Shown here: piece after piece, positions 58,407 to 64,000 of the stretch | Position numbering within the stretch: position 1 is the first letter of the stretch | Layout of the letters: each line of letters opens with the position of its first letter | NCBI RefSeq assembly: GCF_009914755.1 | Contig: NC_060929.1 | Strand: one strand, 5' to 3' | From: the human T2T-CHM13v2.0 reference genome, Homo sapiens | DNA length: 64,000 nt | Notes under the pieces: generated by a model | What the model was told of the DNA's origin: nothing | The model's input: the letters and a program-made list of their open reading frames with translations, nothing else | Databases searched by the model: none | Position numbers and translations under genes: made by a program

Positions 58407-60304
58407 TAATAATGTTTTGTTGTACTAGAATGTTAGAAATATTGAACTTTGTTGGAAGCCTGGCCAACAAAATAGTATTTGTAAATATGATTGGGTGGCT
58501 GTGGGGAGAGGGATTAGGAAATTAGGGGGTGAGGTTTAACAATCACCAATGTGCACTTCTTATTTCCCTTAAAAAAATGAAGTTTCATAATATTAGGAAA
58601 CACAAATGTGTCATAAAATTAAGAATTGGAGAAAATGTTTACAATAGCTTTTCTACATTTAAAAAATGAAATCATGGAAGAACTGACTGATAGCTGTGCC
58701 TATATTTTTTGTGTGGACACTCTATATATACACTGTGGATAAATATGTACATATGTTAGCAGCAACTTTATAATTTGTACCTCCCTATTGATTCCAAAAT
58801 CAAACCAAAATAAAATTCTTTTTATTTTAAGAGAATGGATACTCTCTTACCAATCAAAACTGTACAGAAGTGAAAAATAATATCTGATCAGACATACTGT
58901 AGATTAAATTATTGCATAAAATATGCAAAATTTCAAATTATTTGATATTTCTAGAGCAATATATTACAGATAACAGTTCTACAGCTTAAAATTCTACAAT
59001 CTGGAAATAAAAAATAAAGAATTATGTAACTTTTTAAAAATTCACTTTATTGAATCATACATTTTGTTGAAAAAAAAGTTTACAAAGTTCAAAATGAAGC
59101 ACAGCAGACCTTTACAATACTAAAAAAATTAGTTCAGGAACACTCTTTTCAAACATTCCCACAGCCTTTCGCCTAAAATCTTATGAACAGTATGGCGGGA
59201 GGGGTGATGTCAAAGCAGAGTCCATTTCATTGTAAGGAGCCACCACACCAGCACACATCTTGCCGCGCTCAGGCAATTTCCCCTCACTCCTATCAAGCAA
59301 TCCTGAACAAGGTGGTTGTTCATTACTATGATTTCTTCTGTCCTTGATTTTGAATCCTTGAGGTATCAGTAAATAAAAACTCACAGATGCCTTGTCAGTC
59401 AGGATTCAAGTTAGGTTATTAAAGTGTGAAATCTTTCTCCACTGGAATGATTTGTTTTAATTTTGTGCATGTGTGTTATAGTCCCACTAAGTAGTTGTTA
59501 GTTAAAAGTTAAGAAGGACTTCTCAAGTGTCCTGCACGGTGCAGAAGAGACTCCATGGATATTGAAGGACTATAGTAAAAATCCAGAATGGGTCAGGGAT
59601 TTCTACATTGTATATTGATCAAAGCTGCCCAGTTTCTCTAGCACAACTCAATAGAAAAACCAATTCTCATTCTCTGTTTGTACCATGGCTGGCCATTGTG
59701 TTCTGTATGTTTTGATGGTCTGGAAGATATCTACAACTCTTTCACATCTCATTATTTCCAAAACAATGCTTAATATTATGAAGATTTTACTCCTTCCAAG
59801 CTCACATTACAGTGAACTGAAATGGGTCCATCTTGACCACAGTACTCTTTTGTTTTATGCACTTGGCCAATTAAGTCAATAAATCTTTTTCCAGACTTTG
59901 GCACTTTTTAATCTGGGCAGTCAGTGAACTGGAGCTGTCTCACTGTTCAGGACTGGCTGTCCTTGGCATCTATGACTTTAAATTCCCTTGTGATAAACTA
60001 TGGCATGTTGTACTCAGCCACAGGATCTACAACAAAGTACTGGTATCTTGTGGATTATTCTGCTGGCCAGTATTGGTGACATTTTTCTCTGCCCATTTCA
60101 CACAGCTTGGTGAAATTGTGTTTCCAGAGCATCCACTGGAAGTCCTCAGTGATCTCTTTCAAGGGTCCCTAATGTAAGCTTTCTATTGTCTTTACTCATC
60201 AATAAAACTGGCATTAATGTAACCAGATACTTCTACTCCATGGATAGGCTGCAAGTACAACCTTGTGGATTTATATGGTGTAATATTAACAAGGTGATTT
60301 TTGA

Positions 60305-62122
<1,818 letters not shown>

Positions 62123-62473
62123 GAAATTATTGCATGGAAGATTGGCACTGAGGAAACCTGAGATGTGAGCTTTTGAGCTGATTAGATGCTTAAATTTGAG
62201 CACCACTCCTATGACATTCTGTCCCCTCTCTATTTGTGTCAGTTTCTAATATAGGCATACAAGTTTCTAGCTGGAACTTTGGTATTTACACAAGTAACTG
62301 CCTCTAACAGTGCATCATGGACAGAGATACACTGGTCTCCTGCTTGAACCATGTAATTCCTCTGGGTTCTCATTAAAGTTGCATAGGCATAATTACCTAC
62401 AGTTTTTTCATGCTTGATTCTTTCCAACATGGCATCTATGACAATGAAACAACCAGTCCAGCCAACTCCTTCA

Positions 62474-62606
62474 GATTCGGTAGGCTGTGCAAGCATGGCA
62501 GCTGCATCTGCTTGTCTTCTGGTGTGGCCTCAGGAAGCTTTTATGCAAGGTGGAAGGTAAAGGGGGAGTGAGTGTGTCACATAGTGAGAAAGGAAGCAGA
62601 AGAGCC
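62474..62606 (-). mobile_element. MST-family MaLR LTR segment forming the first exon of the retrocopy
   Basis: Minus strand reads ctcactatgtgacacactcactccccctttaccttccacc..aagcttcctgaggccacaccagaag..agcagatgcagctgccatgcttgcacagcctaccgaatc, matching the MSTA/B transcribed segment up to the splice donor. Confidence 0.85.
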
Positions 62607-64000
62607 TTTGCCAATTTTTAAATCAAGTTGCTGTTGGGATTGTTTGGTTGTTGAGTTTTAGTTCTCTGTATATTGATGATAGTAAGCCTTTATAAGTTAC
62701 GTGATTTGAAAATATTTTCTCTTATCCTATGGTTTGCATTTATCACACTTGGCTGGCAATGTCTTGATTCACAAATTTATTATTAGTTTTTTTTTTAGAG
62801 ATGGAAATCTCCCTATTTTGCCCAGGCTGGACTTGAACTACACTCAAGCGATCCTCCTGTCTTAGCCTTCTGGGTAATTGGGACTACAGATGCACACCAT
62901 CGCATTCTAATTTTAAATCTTTATCGACTCCTGTGTGTCTATTTTTGTCTTTTTCTGTGCCTTTGGTGTCATATCCAAGAAAGCACTGCCAAATCAATGT
63001 CATGAAGCTTTTCCTTATGTTTCTTACAAGAGTGTTAGAGTTTTAGTTTACCTTTAGGTTTTTGGTATATTTAGAATTAATTTTTGTATAAAGGGTCCAA
63101 CTTAATTCTTTTACATGTGGATATCCAGTTTTCCCTGCACCATTTGTAGAAAAGATAGTCCTTTCCCCATTGAATGGTTTTGGTACCCTAGTCAAAAATC
63201 ATTTGACCATATATGTGAGGGTCTATTTCTGGGCACTCTATTCTATCCCACTGGTCATATGTCCTTCTTCATGCTAGTACTTCATGGTTTGATTATTGTA
63301 GCTTTGTAGCAAGTTTTCAAAATCAGGGAGTGTGTGTCTTTCAGGTTTGCCCTTTTTCAAGATTACTTTGACCATTCAGTGTCCCTTGAAATTCTATATA
63401 AATGTTAGGGTGGATTTTTTTATTTCTGAAAAGTACATCACTGGGATTTTGATAGATATTGCATTGAGTTTGTAGCTCACTTTGGGTAGTATTAACATCT
63501 TAATACTATTAATCCTTCCAATTCATGAATATAGAATGTCTTTCCAATTATTTATGTCCTCTTTAATTTCTTTAAGCAATATTTTGTAGTTTTTATTATA
63601 CAAGTTTTTAACCTTCTTGACTAATTCCTAAGTATTTTATTCTTTTTGATGCTATTGTAAATGCAATATTTTTTAGTTTCCTTTTCAGATTGTTCAGTTA
63701 GTCTATGAAAATGTAACTGATTTTTGTGTGCTACCTTTATAGCCTCCTGCTTTGTTGAATTTATTATTTCCACATTTTTTGTAGAATTGTTAAGGTTTTC
63801 AATATATATGATTGTGTCATCTGCAGAGATAATATTACCTCTTCCTTTTCCATTCATACGTGTTGCATTTCTTTCGCTTGACTCATTCATCTGGCTAGAA
63901 ATTCTAATATTATATTGAAGAGAAGTACCACAATTAGCAACCCTTGCCTTGTTCTTGAAATTAAAGCTTTTAATTTTTCATAATTGAGTATGATATTCAC
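62607..64000 (-). mobile_element. L1MB continuation (ORF2 region)
   Basis: Resumes tttgccaatttttaaatc...gttgttgagtttt; ADDTIIYIENL (ORF 63621-63890) resembles the L1 RT motif FADDMIVYLEN. Confidence 0.9.
62787..62908 (-). mobile_element. FLAM / Alu monomer
   Basis: tttagagatggaaatctccctattttgcccaggctggacttgaact..ctcaagcgatcctcc..gggactacagatgcacacc. Confidence 0.85.

Noticed and set aside
62239-62496. 85-aa ORF as a functional phosphatase gene
   Set aside because: The P-loop Arg is mutated (GVGW), there is no catalytic Cys, a frameshift follows AYI, and downstream there are stops and an L1 insertion; it is a pseudogene remnant.

Overview
AT-rich primate (probably human or great-ape) genomic DNA, intergenic or deep intronic. 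I found no intact protein-coding exon; nearly all listed ORFs are chance ORFs or L1/Alu artefacts. The window is dominated by interspersed repeats (L1PA/L1M, L2, MIR, Alu, MaLR/ERV LTRs, hAT and mariner MITEs). The main feature is a decayed processed pseudogene of PTPRD on the minus strand (about 57673-62606), inserted with target-site duplications (TSDs) into an L1MB element. Its 5' end is an MST-family MaLR LTR exon that supplies an in-frame ATG and joins PTPRD at the HCS|AGVG position. It therefore looks like the fossil of an LTR-initiated, truncated germline PTPRD mRNA encoding essentially only the D2 domain. A second notable feature is a 367-bp perfectly identical tract shared by two independently inserted, inverted L1PA elements 15 kb apart, which suggests recent gene conversion and a possible inversion substrate. 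Repeat subfamily names come from recalled consensus sequences, and boundaries of old repeats are approximate.
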